From: an uncultured bacterium
GTDB taxonomy: Bacteria > Krumholzibacteriota > Krumholzibacteriia > LZORAL124-64-63
Assembly (NCBI GenBank): GCA_963727525.1
Contig: CAVSGO010000007.1
Coordinates: forward strand, 896,001 to 960,000
Direction of reading: 5' to 3'
Length of the DNA stretch: 64,000 bases
Each line of letters opens with the position of its first letter. Position 1 is the first letter of the stretch. Below are positions 16,185 to 25,857 of this stretch, piece by piece. The notes under the pieces are model-generated. The model made no database searches. It worked only from the letters and a program-made list of their open reading frames with translations, and was not told the origin of the DNA. Both the position numbers and the translations under genes were made by a program.

Positions 16185-18024
16185 AGCGCCTCTCCAGTTC
16201 CGTCAGCGTGAACTGGATCATGGTGGGGCGACCGTGGGGGCAGCTCAGCGGCAGATCGGTGGCGAAGAGCTGGTCGACGAGGTTGCGCATCTCGGGAATG
16301 GTGAGGGGCTCGCCGGCGCGGATGGCGCCGTGGCAGGCGAAGGTGGCGAGGAGGTCGACCTGCTGTTCCTGGCTGGGGCGCTCGTCGAGGGCGAGGTCGT
16401 CGAGCATGTCGAGCAGCAGGCGTCCCTCCTGCCAGTTGCGCAGGCTCGTGGGGATGCCCTGCACGAGGACAGACTGGCCGCCGAAGGGCTGCACGAGGAA
16501 GCCGAGGCGTTCGAGTTCACCCTGGTGCTGGTGGAAGGCCTGCAGTTGCGACGGCGCAAGTTCGAGGTGAGCCGGGAACAGGAGCTGCTGGGTGGGAATC
16601 GCCCCGCCTCCACTCTCCAGCGCAAGCTTGGCCTGGTTGTAGAGGATGCGCTCGTGGCTGTTGTGCTGATCGATGAGCACGAGGCCGCCGCGGATCTGCG
16701 TGACGATGTAGGTGCGATGGAGCTGCCAGAACGGTGCCGGGTGCAACGCGGTCGCCACGGCGGCGCCGGCGCCGGCGTCCCCCTCCTCCCCGCCGTTCTC
16801 CACGTCCACCTCGCCACGCAGTGCCGAGAAGCCGAAGAGTTCGCCCTGCCCGGCCGGGATACCCTTGGCCTCATAGCCGGCGGAGCCGCCACGCTGGAAG
16901 TGCGACCGCAGGAAGTCGGCCTCGGCGCGGGCGAGCGAGCTGTCAGGACGTAAGGCGCCGAAGCCGGGCACGGCGTCGCTTCTCACGGGGTCGGTCTCGG
17001 TGACGGGACGCAGATGCTCGGCAGCGCGCAGGTCGAGTCCCTCCTGCAGCGCGTTCTTGAGCAGCGAGAACACCTGGCGTTCGAGCAGCAGGCGCACCTC
17101 CGTCTTGGCGGGATGCACGTTCACGTCGACCTCGCCCGCCGGAAGCTGCAGGAAGGCGATGATCACAGGGAACTTGCCCGGGGGCAACACCTCGCGGTAG
17201 GCCTGGCCGATCGCGGCGCCCAGGGTGCCGCTCTCGATGGGGCGGCGGTTGACGAAGAGGAACTGCTGGTCGCGGTTGCCGCGCACCCAGGTGGGGCGTG
17301 AGGCGAGGCCGGCCACGCTGAAGCCTCCGCTTTCCTTCTCGAAGCGCGCGAGGTGGTCGACGACCGAGGCGCCGAGCAGATCGCGGGCGCGGCCGGGCAA
17401 CGAATTCACAGGCAGCAGGTCGAGGAGCGTCTCGCGGTCGTCGCGCAGTTGCCAGCGCACCTCCCAGTGGGCGAGGGCGAGCGTGGTGACAGTGCGCACC
17501 ACGGCGCGGCGCTCGGCCTGCGCCGTCTTCATGAACTTGCGGCGGGCGGGCGTATTGTAGAAGAGATCGTCGACCGCCACCGATGTGCCGCGGTTGCGCG
17601 GCGCCGGTTCACGGCGCTGGATGGCGCCGCCCTCGAGCTCGATGAGGCCGCCCACCGTCTCATCGCCCACGCGGCTGGTGAGGCGCGTGCGGCTCACCGA
17701 CGCGATCGCCGCGAGGGCCTCGCCGCGAAAGCCGAAGCTGCCCACCTGCATGATGTCGGCGGCCGACGCGATCTTGCTGGTGGCGTGGCGCTCGAAGGCG
17801 AGGGGCAACTCGCGGAACGGGATGCCGTGGCCGTCGTCCTCGATGATGATCGACGTGAGTCCGCCGTCGCTCAACGTGACGGTGATGCTGCGCGCACCCG
17901 CATCGAGCGCGTTCTCGCAGAGTTCCTTCACGACCGACGCCGGCCGCTCCACCACCTCGCCGGCGGCGATGCGGTCGATGGTCGCGTCATCGAGCACGCG
18001 GATAGGGCGCGAACGCTCGGCCAT
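16171..18024 (-). CDS. mutL: DNA mismatch repair endonuclease MutL
   Basis: IAAGEVVERPASVVKEL, GFRGEAL, DVNVHPAK, endonuclease motif DQHNSHER and CPHGRP. Confidence 0.97.
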   Translation of the reverse strand: MAERSRPIRVLDDATIDRIAAGEVVERPASVVKELCENALDAGARSITVTLSDGGLTSIIIEDDGHGIPFRELPLAFERHATSKIASAADIMQVGSFGFRGEALAAIASVSRTRLTSRVGDETVGGLIELEGGAIQRREPAPRNRGTSVAVDDLFYNTPARRKFMKTAQAERRAVVRTVTTLALAHWEVRWQLRDDRETLLDLLPVNSLPGRARDLLGASVVDHLARFEKESGGFSVAGLASRPTWVRGNRDQQFLFVNRRPIESGTLGAAIGQAYREVLPPGKFPVIIAFLQLPAGEVDVNVHPAKTEVRLLLERQVFSLLKNALQEGLDLRAAEHLRPVTETDPVRSDAVPGFGALRPDSSLARAEADFLRSHFQRGGSAGYEAKGIPAGQGELFGFSALRGEVDVENGGEEGDAGAGAAVATALHPAPFWQLHRTYIVTQIRGGLVLIDQHNSHERILYNQAKLALESGGGAIPTQQLLFPAHLELAPSQLQAFHQHQGELERLGFLVQPFGGQSVLVQGIPTSLRNWQEGRLLLDMLDDLALDERPSQEQQVDLLATFACHGAIRAGEPLTIPEMRNLVDQLFATDLPLSCPHGRPTMIQFTLTELERRFGRT

Positions 18025-18107
18025 GCTGTTCTCCACGAGAGGGTGCCGTGTGATCGGACGGGTAGGATAGCGTCCGGATCAGGACGCGTCAACGCCGTGC
18101 GGCCGCG

Positions 18108-20369
18108 TCACGATGCCGCAGCCAGGAGAGCGCGAACGCGGTCGAGCAGCTCCTGCGGCAACCTCTGCGGGCCCGGGTAGACAGCGTGTGCCGACTGCAC
18201 CTGCAGGCCCGTGCCGCCCCCGAGCAGGCGCAGGTGATCGCGCAGGCGACGTTCGAGGCGCGGGAGGTTCATCACGTCCTCGGGCACGATGACGGCCGCC
18301 TCGCCGTCGCCTAGGTCGAAGGCCTGGTCGCTCGTGCGCAAGCGGGCGGCGAAGCGCGCGGCGAGACCCGGCACCGCCGTCTGCCCCGCTGCGGGACGCA
18401 CGAGCATGAGGCCGAAGACGTTGTGGTAGCGGTCGCAGCGATCGATCTCGCGCGCGAGCGCCTGGAGCAACGCCTGTTCGCCGCCCACGCGGACGGCCGG
18501 CGGCGGCGGGATATCGATCGCGGGCGACGGCGGCGGCGAGAAGGCGGCCGCCAGCGCGGCCACGGTATCAGGTGCTTCGGATGGGAGACGCCGCAGGAAC
18601 GCGGCAAGCGGGGCGGCGATCTCGGCGTCGAGGAAGGTGAAGCCGGCCCCGTCGAGAGGATGCACGGGTTGCTTGCCCAGCAGCACCAGTGCGGGGGTCG
18701 CCAGGCCGGCGCCCGCGGTGGCGACGAGCACGCTCAGAGGTTCGGGGCCCACGAGGTCGGAGCTGCCGAGGGTGGTGATGCGCCAGCCGTCGGCCTGGGC
18801 CTGCGCGATGAGTTGCGGTACGGCACCGAGCCAGCCCGCGTCCTGAGGGGCGTCGCCGCCGGCGAGGCGCACATCGTCACCGTCGATCGACACCACGGCG
18901 ACAGCGTGCCGGGCGCCCGTGAGATCCGCGGCCTCACGGCAGATGCGTTCGGCCTGCTGTCCGGGTGTCGGGTCGGCGGCGGCCAGGTCGACCATGATGC
19001 GCGTGAGACGCGTCAGTCGCTCGCGTTGCGCGCGCTCGGCGTGGCGCGTCACCTGCTCCTGCAGCACGATATCCAGGAGAGAGACCATCTCGCCGGCCAG
19101 CGCGTGGAAGGTGTTCACCGGGCCGCCATGGTGGAACTGCACGCCGAGGGCGGCGCGCGGCGTCTCGTCGCCCACGGGGAGGTAGAAGGCGGTGAGCACG
19201 TGGCCGTCGTCGCCGGGGGGTTCATCCTGACGCACCACGAAGGCCGCACCAGTGCCGAGCACCTCGCGCCAGGCCGGGTTGTCGAGAGCTTCGCGCCACG
19301 TGCGCGTGTCGCCGGCGGCGGTGCCCTCGCCCAGCAGCAGGCTGCCGTCCTCGCAGACGAGCGCCAGCGTGACCCGTTCGGCGATGGCCGTGACGGCGAG
19401 CGCGCCGCACCAGGCGGCGAGCAGATCAGGCAATTCCGTGCGGCGGGCGGCGAGGTCGCGCAGGCGGCGTTCGCAGAGGCGCAGCACGTCGGCGGCTCGC
19501 GATTCCTGCAGCCGCAGCACGCGATGCAGGATGTGCGCGAAGCGCTGGGCCAGGACGCTCAGTGTCTCGAGATCGTGAGGCGTGAGCGATGGCTGACCGC
19601 GCCCCGTGGAAACGTTGAGCACGCCCAGCACATGGCCGTCCCATTCCAGCGGCACGGAGATGGCCGACGCGATGTCGGGCCGATCGCGGTCGGCGTTTCC
19701 GTCGCCCGGACCCAGGATCAACTCGGCGCGGCGCGTGCGCGCCACGCGCCCGGCGATACGCTCGCCGTTCCGCTCGCCGATGCGCGCGCGGGTGCGATGC
19801 ACCGTGGCCTCGCTCAGGCCGCTCGCGTAGGCGATGTACAGCTCGCGGGTGGTCGTGTCGACGAGCATGAGCGACCCGGTGCGGGCGCCCACGGCGCGGG
19901 TGGCCAGCTCGAGCACACGTTGCAGCAGGGTGTCGCCGGCGAGGGCGTCCTCGAGCTGGGCGAGCGACGACTGCACGGCCGCGGTCTCCAGCTCGTTGAG
20001 CGTGAGGTCCCGCGGCGGATCGGGCTCCACGGTCCGGCGCACGAGCAGGCTGTCGCGGCGCAGGCGCACGCCAAGGTCAGCCGCGCGCACCGCCTCGAGG
20101 CCGCGCACCTCCGCCGCTACCGCCAGGTCGTTGGCCAGCGCCGACGGACGTGCGGGCAGCACGACGAGCGCATCGTCCGGCAACGACGCGCTGGCGAAGT
20201 CGGCGCACACGCGCAGGCCCATGATCTCGGCGATGTTCGTGCCGAGGGCCTTGCCCGTGGGGTCGACCACGGCGGCGATGGTCACGTCGTCCCGCTCCGT
20301 GAGGTCGGCGAGCAGCTTGAGCTCCGCCTCCCCCGGCAGCGCCAGGACGACCGTCAGCTTGCGTTCCAT
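18108..20369 (-). CDS. GAF-domain signalling protein with degenerate C-terminal GGDEF domain
   Basis: GAF core (GSLMLVD...IAGRVA...SAISVPL...VLGVLNV); C-terminal REIDRCDRY...LRTSDQAFDLGDGEA. Confidence 0.7.
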   Translation of the reverse strand: MERKLTVVLALPGEAELKLLADLTERDDVTIAAVVDPTGKALGTNIAEIMGLRVCADFASASLPDDALVVLPARPSALANDLAVAAEVRGLEAVRAADLGVRLRRDSLLVRRTVEPDPPRDLTLNELETAAVQSSLAQLEDALAGDTLLQRVLELATRAVGARTGSLMLVDTTTRELYIAYASGLSEATVHRTRARIGERNGERIAGRVARTRRAELILGPGDGNADRDRPDIASAISVPLEWDGHVLGVLNVSTGRGQPSLTPHDLETLSVLAQRFAHILHRVLRLQESRAADVLRLCERRLRDLAARRTELPDLLAAWCGALAVTAIAERVTLALVCEDGSLLLGEGTAAGDTRTWREALDNPAWREVLGTGAAFVVRQDEPPGDDGHVLTAFYLPVGDETPRAALGVQFHHGGPVNTFHALAGEMVSLLDIVLQEQVTRHAERAQRERLTRLTRIMVDLAAADPTPGQQAERICREAADLTGARHAVAVVSIDGDDVRLAGGDAPQDAGWLGAVPQLIAQAQADGWRITTLGSSDLVGPEPLSVLVATAGAGLATPALVLLGKQPVHPLDGAGFTFLDAEIAAPLAAFLRRLPSEAPDTVAALAAAFSPPPSPAIDIPPPPAVRVGGEQALLQALAREIDRCDRYHNVFGLMLVRPAAGQTAVPGLAARFAARLRTSDQAFDLGDGEAAVIVPEDVMNLPRLERRLRDHLRLLGGGTGLQVQSAHAVYPGPQRLPQELLDRVRALLAAAS

Positions 20370-20440
20370 GGCCTTCCCGTTGGTTCGTCCGCTGCGTCTT
20401 GATCGGCCGCAAATCGGTCGCCTTGATGCCTACGTCCCTG

Positions 20441-23134
20441 TCACTGGCCGAGTTGTCTCTTCAGACGCGCCAGCCACATGAAGGCGTCGACCGGACTGAT
20501 CCGGTCGAGGTCGAGGGTGCGCAGGGCCTCCAGGGCGTCGCGCTCCTGCTCGCGGAAGAGGCTGAGCTGCTGGCCCTTGAGCCCGGCGGCCACCTCGGCG
20601 GAGAGGTCGCCGTCCGCGGCCACGGAGGCGCCACCTGCGGCCGTGGCGGCCACGGCGCTGCGGCGGTCCTGACCCACGAGGAAGGCCAGGATGCTCTCGG
20701 CCCGGTGGAGCACCGGCTCCGGGATCCCGGCCAGACGGGCCACGTGGATACCATAGCTCTTGTCGGAGCCGCCGGGACCGACCTTGTGGAGGAAGATGAT
20801 CTTGCCCTCCCACTCCCGCACCTCGAGCTGCTGGTTGCGCAGGCCCTCGAGGGCGTCGGCGAGCTCGGTGAGTTCGTGGTAGTGGGTGGCGAAGATGGTA
20901 CGCGGGCGCGGGCCGCGGGCGTCGTGCAGGAACTCGGTGATGGCCCAGGCCAGCGAGAGTCCGTCGTAGGTGCTCGTGCCGCGCCCGATCTCGTCGAGGA
21001 TCACGAGACTGCGCCGGCTCGATTGGTGCAGGATGTGCGCGGTCTCGCTCATCTCCATGTAGAAGGTGGACTCGCCGCGGGCGAGGTTGTCGCTGGCGCC
21101 CACGCGGGTGAAGACGCGGTCGGCGACGCCGACGCGCGCGCCGCCGGCCGGCACCCAGCTTCCAGCCTGCGCGAGCAGCACGATGTGCGCCACTTGCCGC
21201 AGGTAGGTGCTCTTGCCACCCATGTTGGGACCGGTGAGCAGCACGATCTGGTGGGCGTCGCCGTCGAGATCGGTGTCATTGGGGATGAAGTCGCCGGGCA
21301 GGAGCTGCTCCACCACGGGGTGCCGGCCATCGCGGATGTCGAGGGCGAGCGAGTCGTCGCACGTTGGCCGGCAATACGACTGCACCTCCGCCAACTCGGC
21401 GAACGCGCTCATGAGATCGATGGCGGCCACGAGCTGCGCCGTGCGCACGACGGCGCCGAGCTGCCCGCCGGCACGCTGCACGAGTTCCGCGAAGAGAGCC
21501 GACTCGAGAGCCTCGGCCTTCTCCTCCGCCTCGAGGATGGTTTGCTCCGCTTCCTTGAGCTCAGGTGTGACGAAGCGGCACGAGTTGACGAGCGTCTGCT
21601 TCTGCTCGAAGTCGGGCGGTACCTTGTCGAGATTCTTCCGGGTGACGTCGAAGTAGTAGCCGAAGACCTTGTTGTATCCCACCTTCAGCGTGGCGATGCC
21701 CGTGCGCTCGCGCTCGCGCTGCTGCAGGCCGGCCAGGAAGCCGCGGGTATCGCGCGCCACCTCCCGGATGCCGTCGAGCTCGGCATCGACGCCCGCACGG
21801 ATGTAACCGCCCTGGCGCACGGTGGCGGGCGGCTCGTCGGGCAGGGCGGCGAGCAGTGCGCCGGCGAGGTCGTCCAGCAGCGGGAGCTCGCGGGCCCACT
21901 CGCAGACGGGATGCTGGGTGCGGCCCTCGGCCAGCGCCGCGGCCCGCACCTTCTGTGCGGCTTGCAGGGAGAGCCCGAGCTGGCGCAGGTGCAGGGGGCC
22001 AATGCGTCCCGACGCCGCGCGGGCGCCCATGCGTTCGAGATCGTGCACGCGCTGCAGAGCGGTGCGCAACGCCTGACGCCAGTCGCGATCGCTGACGAGG
22101 GTACCGATGCCCGCGTGCCAGCGGGCAAGGGTGTCGAGGTCGGTGAGGGGCTCGGCGAGGCGCTGTTCGAGCAGGCGATGTCCGGCCGCGGTGACGGTGC
22201 GATCGATGTGGTGCACCAGGGTACCGGCTCCACGCTCGCCGCGGAAGGTGCGAAAGATCTCGAGGTTGCGCAGCGTTTCCTCGTCGAGCAGCAGGCGATC
22301 ACCGCGGGCGCAGAAGCGCAGTGACGTGACCTGCGCCGGACGGCTGAGGTTCAGGCTCGTGAGGTAGCGCAGCAGCGACCCCGCCGCAGCGATGGCGAGG
22401 TCGCGCCCGTCGTCGCCCAGGCCGTAGGCCGTGAGGCTCTGCACCTGGAAATGGTCCTGCAGCGTGCGCCGCGCGAAGGCGGGGTGAAACCAGGCGTCAC
22501 TCACCTGGTTGATGACGAGGGACGGCAGCGCCTGGCGCCACGCTGCCAGATGCTCGCCGTCGAGGCTCTCGCGCACGATGACCTCGCGCACCGGATGGCG
22601 CTCGCAGAGCGCCGGCAACGTGGCGTCCTCCTGACCGCAGCGGAACTCGCCGGTGGTGGCGTCGAGCAGGGCCCAGCCACTCTCGCGGTCGGCCGCGCCG
22701 CCGGGCACGTAGGCCAGGCAGTAGCGGCCGGTGCGCCCGGACACCAGCTCCGGGGCGGTGGCCGTGCCGGGACTGATGACCTCCACCACCGCGCGCTTGA
22801 CCAGCCCCTTGGCCTGGGCCGGGTCTTCCACCTGCTCGCAGATCGCGACGGTGAGGCCAGCCTCGAGCAGACGCGCGAGGTAGGTCTCGATGGCATGGTG
22901 CGGGACGCCCGCCAGGGGCACCGGATGGTCGCTCTTGCTGTCGCGGCTGGTGAGGGTAACGCCGGCGATGCGGGCGAGGGTCTCGGCGTCCTCGAAGAAT
23001 GTCTCGAAGAAGTCGCCCATGCGGAAGAGCAGCAGCGTGCCCGGGTGCTGGGCCTTGATCTCGAGGTACTGCGCGAGCATCGGCGTGAGCTTGCCGGCAC
23101 CGCCGTCGGCATTCGCCCGGTCACGAGCGCTCAT
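20441..23134 (-). CDS. mutS: DNA mismatch repair protein MutS
   Basis: TPMLAQY, FRMGDFFE, GPNMGGKSTY, DEIGRGTSTYDG, ATHYHEL. Confidence 0.98.
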   Translation of the reverse strand: MSARDRANADGGAGKLTPMLAQYLEIKAQHPGTLLLFRMGDFFETFFEDAETLARIAGVTLTSRDSKSDHPVPLAGVPHHAIETYLARLLEAGLTVAICEQVEDPAQAKGLVKRAVVEVISPGTATAPELVSGRTGRYCLAYVPGGAADRESGWALLDATTGEFRCGQEDATLPALCERHPVREVIVRESLDGEHLAAWRQALPSLVINQVSDAWFHPAFARRTLQDHFQVQSLTAYGLGDDGRDLAIAAAGSLLRYLTSLNLSRPAQVTSLRFCARGDRLLLDEETLRNLEIFRTFRGERGAGTLVHHIDRTVTAAGHRLLEQRLAEPLTDLDTLARWHAGIGTLVSDRDWRQALRTALQRVHDLERMGARAASGRIGPLHLRQLGLSLQAAQKVRAAALAEGRTQHPVCEWARELPLLDDLAGALLAALPDEPPATVRQGGYIRAGVDAELDGIREVARDTRGFLAGLQQRERERTGIATLKVGYNKVFGYYFDVTRKNLDKVPPDFEQKQTLVNSCRFVTPELKEAEQTILEAEEKAEALESALFAELVQRAGGQLGAVVRTAQLVAAIDLMSAFAELAEVQSYCRPTCDDSLALDIRDGRHPVVEQLLPGDFIPNDTDLDGDAHQIVLLTGPNMGGKSTYLRQVAHIVLLAQAGSWVPAGGARVGVADRVFTRVGASDNLARGESTFYMEMSETAHILHQSSRRSLVILDEIGRGTSTYDGLSLAWAITEFLHDARGPRPRTIFATHYHELTELADALEGLRNQQLEVREWEGKIIFLHKVGPGGSDKSYGIHVARLAGIPEPVLHRAESILAFLVGQDRRSAVAATAAGGASVAADGDLSAEVAAGLKGQQLSLFREQERDALEALRTLDLDRISPVDAFMWLARLKRQLGQ

Positions 23135-24201
23135 CAGTTGCCGCTCTCGACCACGAACCCCTGCAGGCCGTTGGCACGCTGGATCCGCTGCGCCTCGGCC
23201 TGCGCCTGTGTGCGGCTGACGAAGGATCCGGCACGAACCTTGTAGAGGATCTGCCCGCTGTCGTCGTGCTCCTCGTCGACGTGCAGGCCCGGTATCTCCG
23301 CACTCCAGCGCGCTAGGAACTGCATGGCGAGGGCGCGGTCGGCGAAAGCCGCGAGCTGCACGGCGGCCACGGCGGCGTGCGACGGCTCCGGCGTCGCTGT
23401 CGCCGTCGTGGACGGAAAAGCCACGGCGGTGGTGTCGGCCGCGGCGGCCAGTTCGGCTGTCTCGCGTCGCTGGATCTCCTGGACCTCGAGGGCGGCGAGC
23501 GACGCCGGGGCATTGCTGATGATCGACTCCGCCAGCTCGCGTGCCTCCACGTCGCGTCCGAGCAGGCGCAGCGCCTGCCAGCGCCCCGCGTCCAGCTCCG
23601 GGCGTGCTATCGCCACCCTGTCGCGGCCGGCCGACTCGAAGTAGCGCAGCGCCAGCTCGTCCTCCCCCGACTCCAGACCGATGCGGCCGAGCTGGTAGCG
23701 CGCGTCGACGAACGCGGGATCGCCGGGCTTGACCGACGCGAAGTACTCGCGCGCGCGCTGCTGCAGACCGACGCCGCGTGCCGCCACGCCGGCCCAGTAG
23801 TAGACCGCGCCCGGCAGCGTCTGGGGATCTCCGTTGTCGAGGATGGGCAGCAGGAGTTGCAGAGCCGTGCGCGAGCGCCCGCCCGCCTGGGCGATGGTGG
23901 CGCCGTCGAGCGCGGCCTGCACGCGGATCGCGAGAGGCAACGTGGTGTCGTCGGCGAGTTCCGTGGCGATGGACGCGGCCTCGGCGGCATCGGTCGTCAG
24001 GCGCAGGCGCCACAGCGAGGCTTCGCCGCGCGCGCCACCCTCGACCTGCGCCACGTCGACGTCCCTTGCCTGCGAGAAGTCGCCCGACGCGAACAGCAGG
24101 GCCAGCTCGTCGTAGCTGGTGGCGAGCGCGGCGGCCGCTGCGCCCACGAGCGCGAAAATGAGGCCATGGCGAATGCGCGGCGCAGGCATGGTCAACGGCA
24201 T
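23134..24201 (-). CDS. Secreted TPR protein with C-terminal SPOR domain
   Basis: Signal peptide, TPR-like repeats, VQLAAF...YKVRAGSF SPOR pattern. Confidence 0.78.
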   Translation of the reverse strand: MPLTMPAPRIRHGLIFALVGAAAAALATSYDELALLFASGDFSQARDVDVAQVEGGARGEASLWRLRLTTDAAEAASIATELADDTTLPLAIRVQAALDGATIAQAGGRSRTALQLLLPILDNGDPQTLPGAVYYWAGVAARGVGLQQRAREYFASVKPGDPAFVDARYQLGRIGLESGEDELALRYFESAGRDRVAIARPELDAGRWQALRLLGRDVEARELAESIISNAPASLAALEVQEIQRRETAELAAAADTTAVAFPSTTATATPEPSHAAVAAVQLAAFADRALAMQFLARWSAEIPGLHVDEEHDDSGQILYKVRAGSFVSRTQAQAEAQRIQRANGLQGFVVESGN

Positions 24202-24217
24202 TCCTCTCCTGCCGTCC

Positions 24218-25438
24218 TCAATCGCGGGGCGGCTCGCGGAGCTGGGGGACATCGCTGGAGCGCCGCTCCGGTGCCTTCGTGGCCGGCAGGGCGCGCGGGC
24301 CGAAGCTGTCGAAGCTGCGGCAGTCGGGGCAGAACCAGCGCAACTCGCGCTCCTGCCGGCCACAGGTGCGGCACGCCCAGCCACGCGCCTGGGGCGGCAT
24401 GGTGAGCACGCGCCACAGGCGGTTGAACGGCGCCTCGGGCGTGACGGAAGCGAGCTGGCGCAGGTAGGGTGCCGCCGCGTCCGGCGTGAGCCGCGGATCG
24501 CCCTGCTTCGTCTCCAGGACGCCGATGGCGTCATTGCGCCGGCCGGTCTTCTCGTAGAGCAGCGCCAGCGCCACCCAAAGCGCCGGCGGTGACGACTCGG
24601 TCTGGCACGCCGTCTCGAGGATGGGGATGGCCTTGGCGAATTGCCCCGTCTCGAGCAGCGCCTCCTGCAGGATCGGTAGCACCGGGGCCATCTCCGAAGG
24701 ATAGTCGCGCAGTCCCTCCGTGGCGGCGGCGACGGCGTCCTCGGGCGCCTGCGCGCGCGCGGCGACGACGGCGCGGACGAGCAGCGAGCGTCCGCGAGCT
24801 TCCGGCAAGTCCCGCGCCTGGCTCAGCCAGTGCCGGGCCTGATCGAGCTGATTGCCACGCGCCAGCATGAGGCCGCGATCGACGAGGTAAGCCGCACGGG
24901 AGCGGCGAAACCGCTCGCGCTCCGTGGCCGGGACGCGCTTCTCGCCCACGCGCAATGCCTCGGCCGCAGCGGCGTGGTCGCCGAGTCCGTGCGCCACCGC
25001 GAAATTCGCGTAGTGGTAGCGCGGCGAGGCGACGGCGTGCAGGGCGAGGTCGTCGAGAACGGTGCGCGCCTCCGACCACTGCCCCAGGGCGACGAGGTCC
25101 TCCACGAGTTCCAGGCCGATGGTGACCCGCTTGTGCGTCGGGAGGCCCGGCCGCACGGCGAGGCTGCGGTGCATCACGGCAGCACGGCGCGCGTCGCCCG
25201 TGCTGCGCAGCAGGATCCCGAGCTGCAGGTAGGGGTCGACACGATCGGGCTCGCGATCGACGAGCTCGCGCAGCAGGTCGCGCGCGCCCGTGAGATCGCC
25301 GGCCAGCCATCGCTCCAGAGCGCGCGAGTAGAGGTCCTCGCCCGCCGCCGCCGGCGGCCGGCGCAGGATGCGCCAGAGGGCGAAACCGGCCAGCAGCAGA
25401 ACGGCGAGTCCCACGAACCAGGCCGAGAATCCCGTCAC
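24218..25438 (-). CDS. lapB: LPS assembly protein B-like (TPR + rubredoxin)
   Basis: N-terminal TM, TPRs, C-terminal CRTCG...WFCPDC; downstream of a lapA-like gene. Confidence 0.8.
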   Translation of the reverse strand: MTGFSAWFVGLAVLLLAGFALWRILRRPPAAAGEDLYSRALERWLAGDLTGARDLLRELVDREPDRVDPYLQLGILLRSTGDARRAAVMHRSLAVRPGLPTHKRVTIGLELVEDLVALGQWSEARTVLDDLALHAVASPRYHYANFAVAHGLGDHAAAAEALRVGEKRVPATERERFRRSRAAYLVDRGLMLARGNQLDQARHWLSQARDLPEARGRSLLVRAVVAARAQAPEDAVAAATEGLRDYPSEMAPVLPILQEALLETGQFAKAIPILETACQTESSPPALWVALALLYEKTGRRNDAIGVLETKQGDPRLTPDAAAPYLRQLASVTPEAPFNRLWRVLTMPPQARGWACRTCGRQERELRWFCPDCRSFDSFGPRALPATKAPERRSSDVPQLREPPRD

Positions 25439-25439
25439 G

Positions 25440-25763
25440 TCACGCGTCCTCTCGTTGACTCTTCGTCGTGGGCAGATCGCGCAGCGGCAGCGTGCGCAGG
25501 TCTGCGAGCTCCTTCGACTTGGCCGCGTTGTCGCGTCGCAGGCGCGTGTGCTCCCGGTGGTGCTGCCACTCGCGGATCACCAGCAAGCCCAGCGAGGCCA
25601 GCACGCCCAGGCCGAACGAGGCCACCACCACCCAGAAGATGTTCAGATCGAGGAAGTCGCGCCCCAGCAGCGTGATGTCCACCGTCTGATCCCCGTTGGC
25701 CACGAAGAACGCGACCAGAAGGAAGAGGAGCACCAGAAAAAAGACGAGCTTCAACACCCACAC
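25440..25763 (-). CDS. lapA: LapA-family membrane protein
   Basis: Two TM helices with FFVANGDQTV, coiled C-terminus; GTG start with GGAGGT RBS. Confidence 0.75.
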   Translation of the reverse strand: MWVLKLVFFLVLLFLLVAFFVANGDQTVDITLLGRDFLDLNIFWVVVASFGLGVLASLGLLVIREWQHHREHTRLRRDNAAKSKELADLRTLPLRDLPTTKSQREDA

Positions 25764-25857
25764 GACGGCGACCTCCCCCGGGATGGCATCCCGAGCCGTG
25801 AAACCGGATAGAATCCCGAGCAATGTAGCGGAAAGGCAGCCCGGTTGAAACCGTGAA

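Noticed and set aside
20441-24013. Long N-terminal extensions in the ORF track (MutS 1190 aa, SecA 1215 aa, TrxA 339 aa, Pcm 396 aa)
   Set aside because: Artefacts of taking the first possible start; the extensions overlap upstream genes and better starts with RBS or stop-start overlaps exist.
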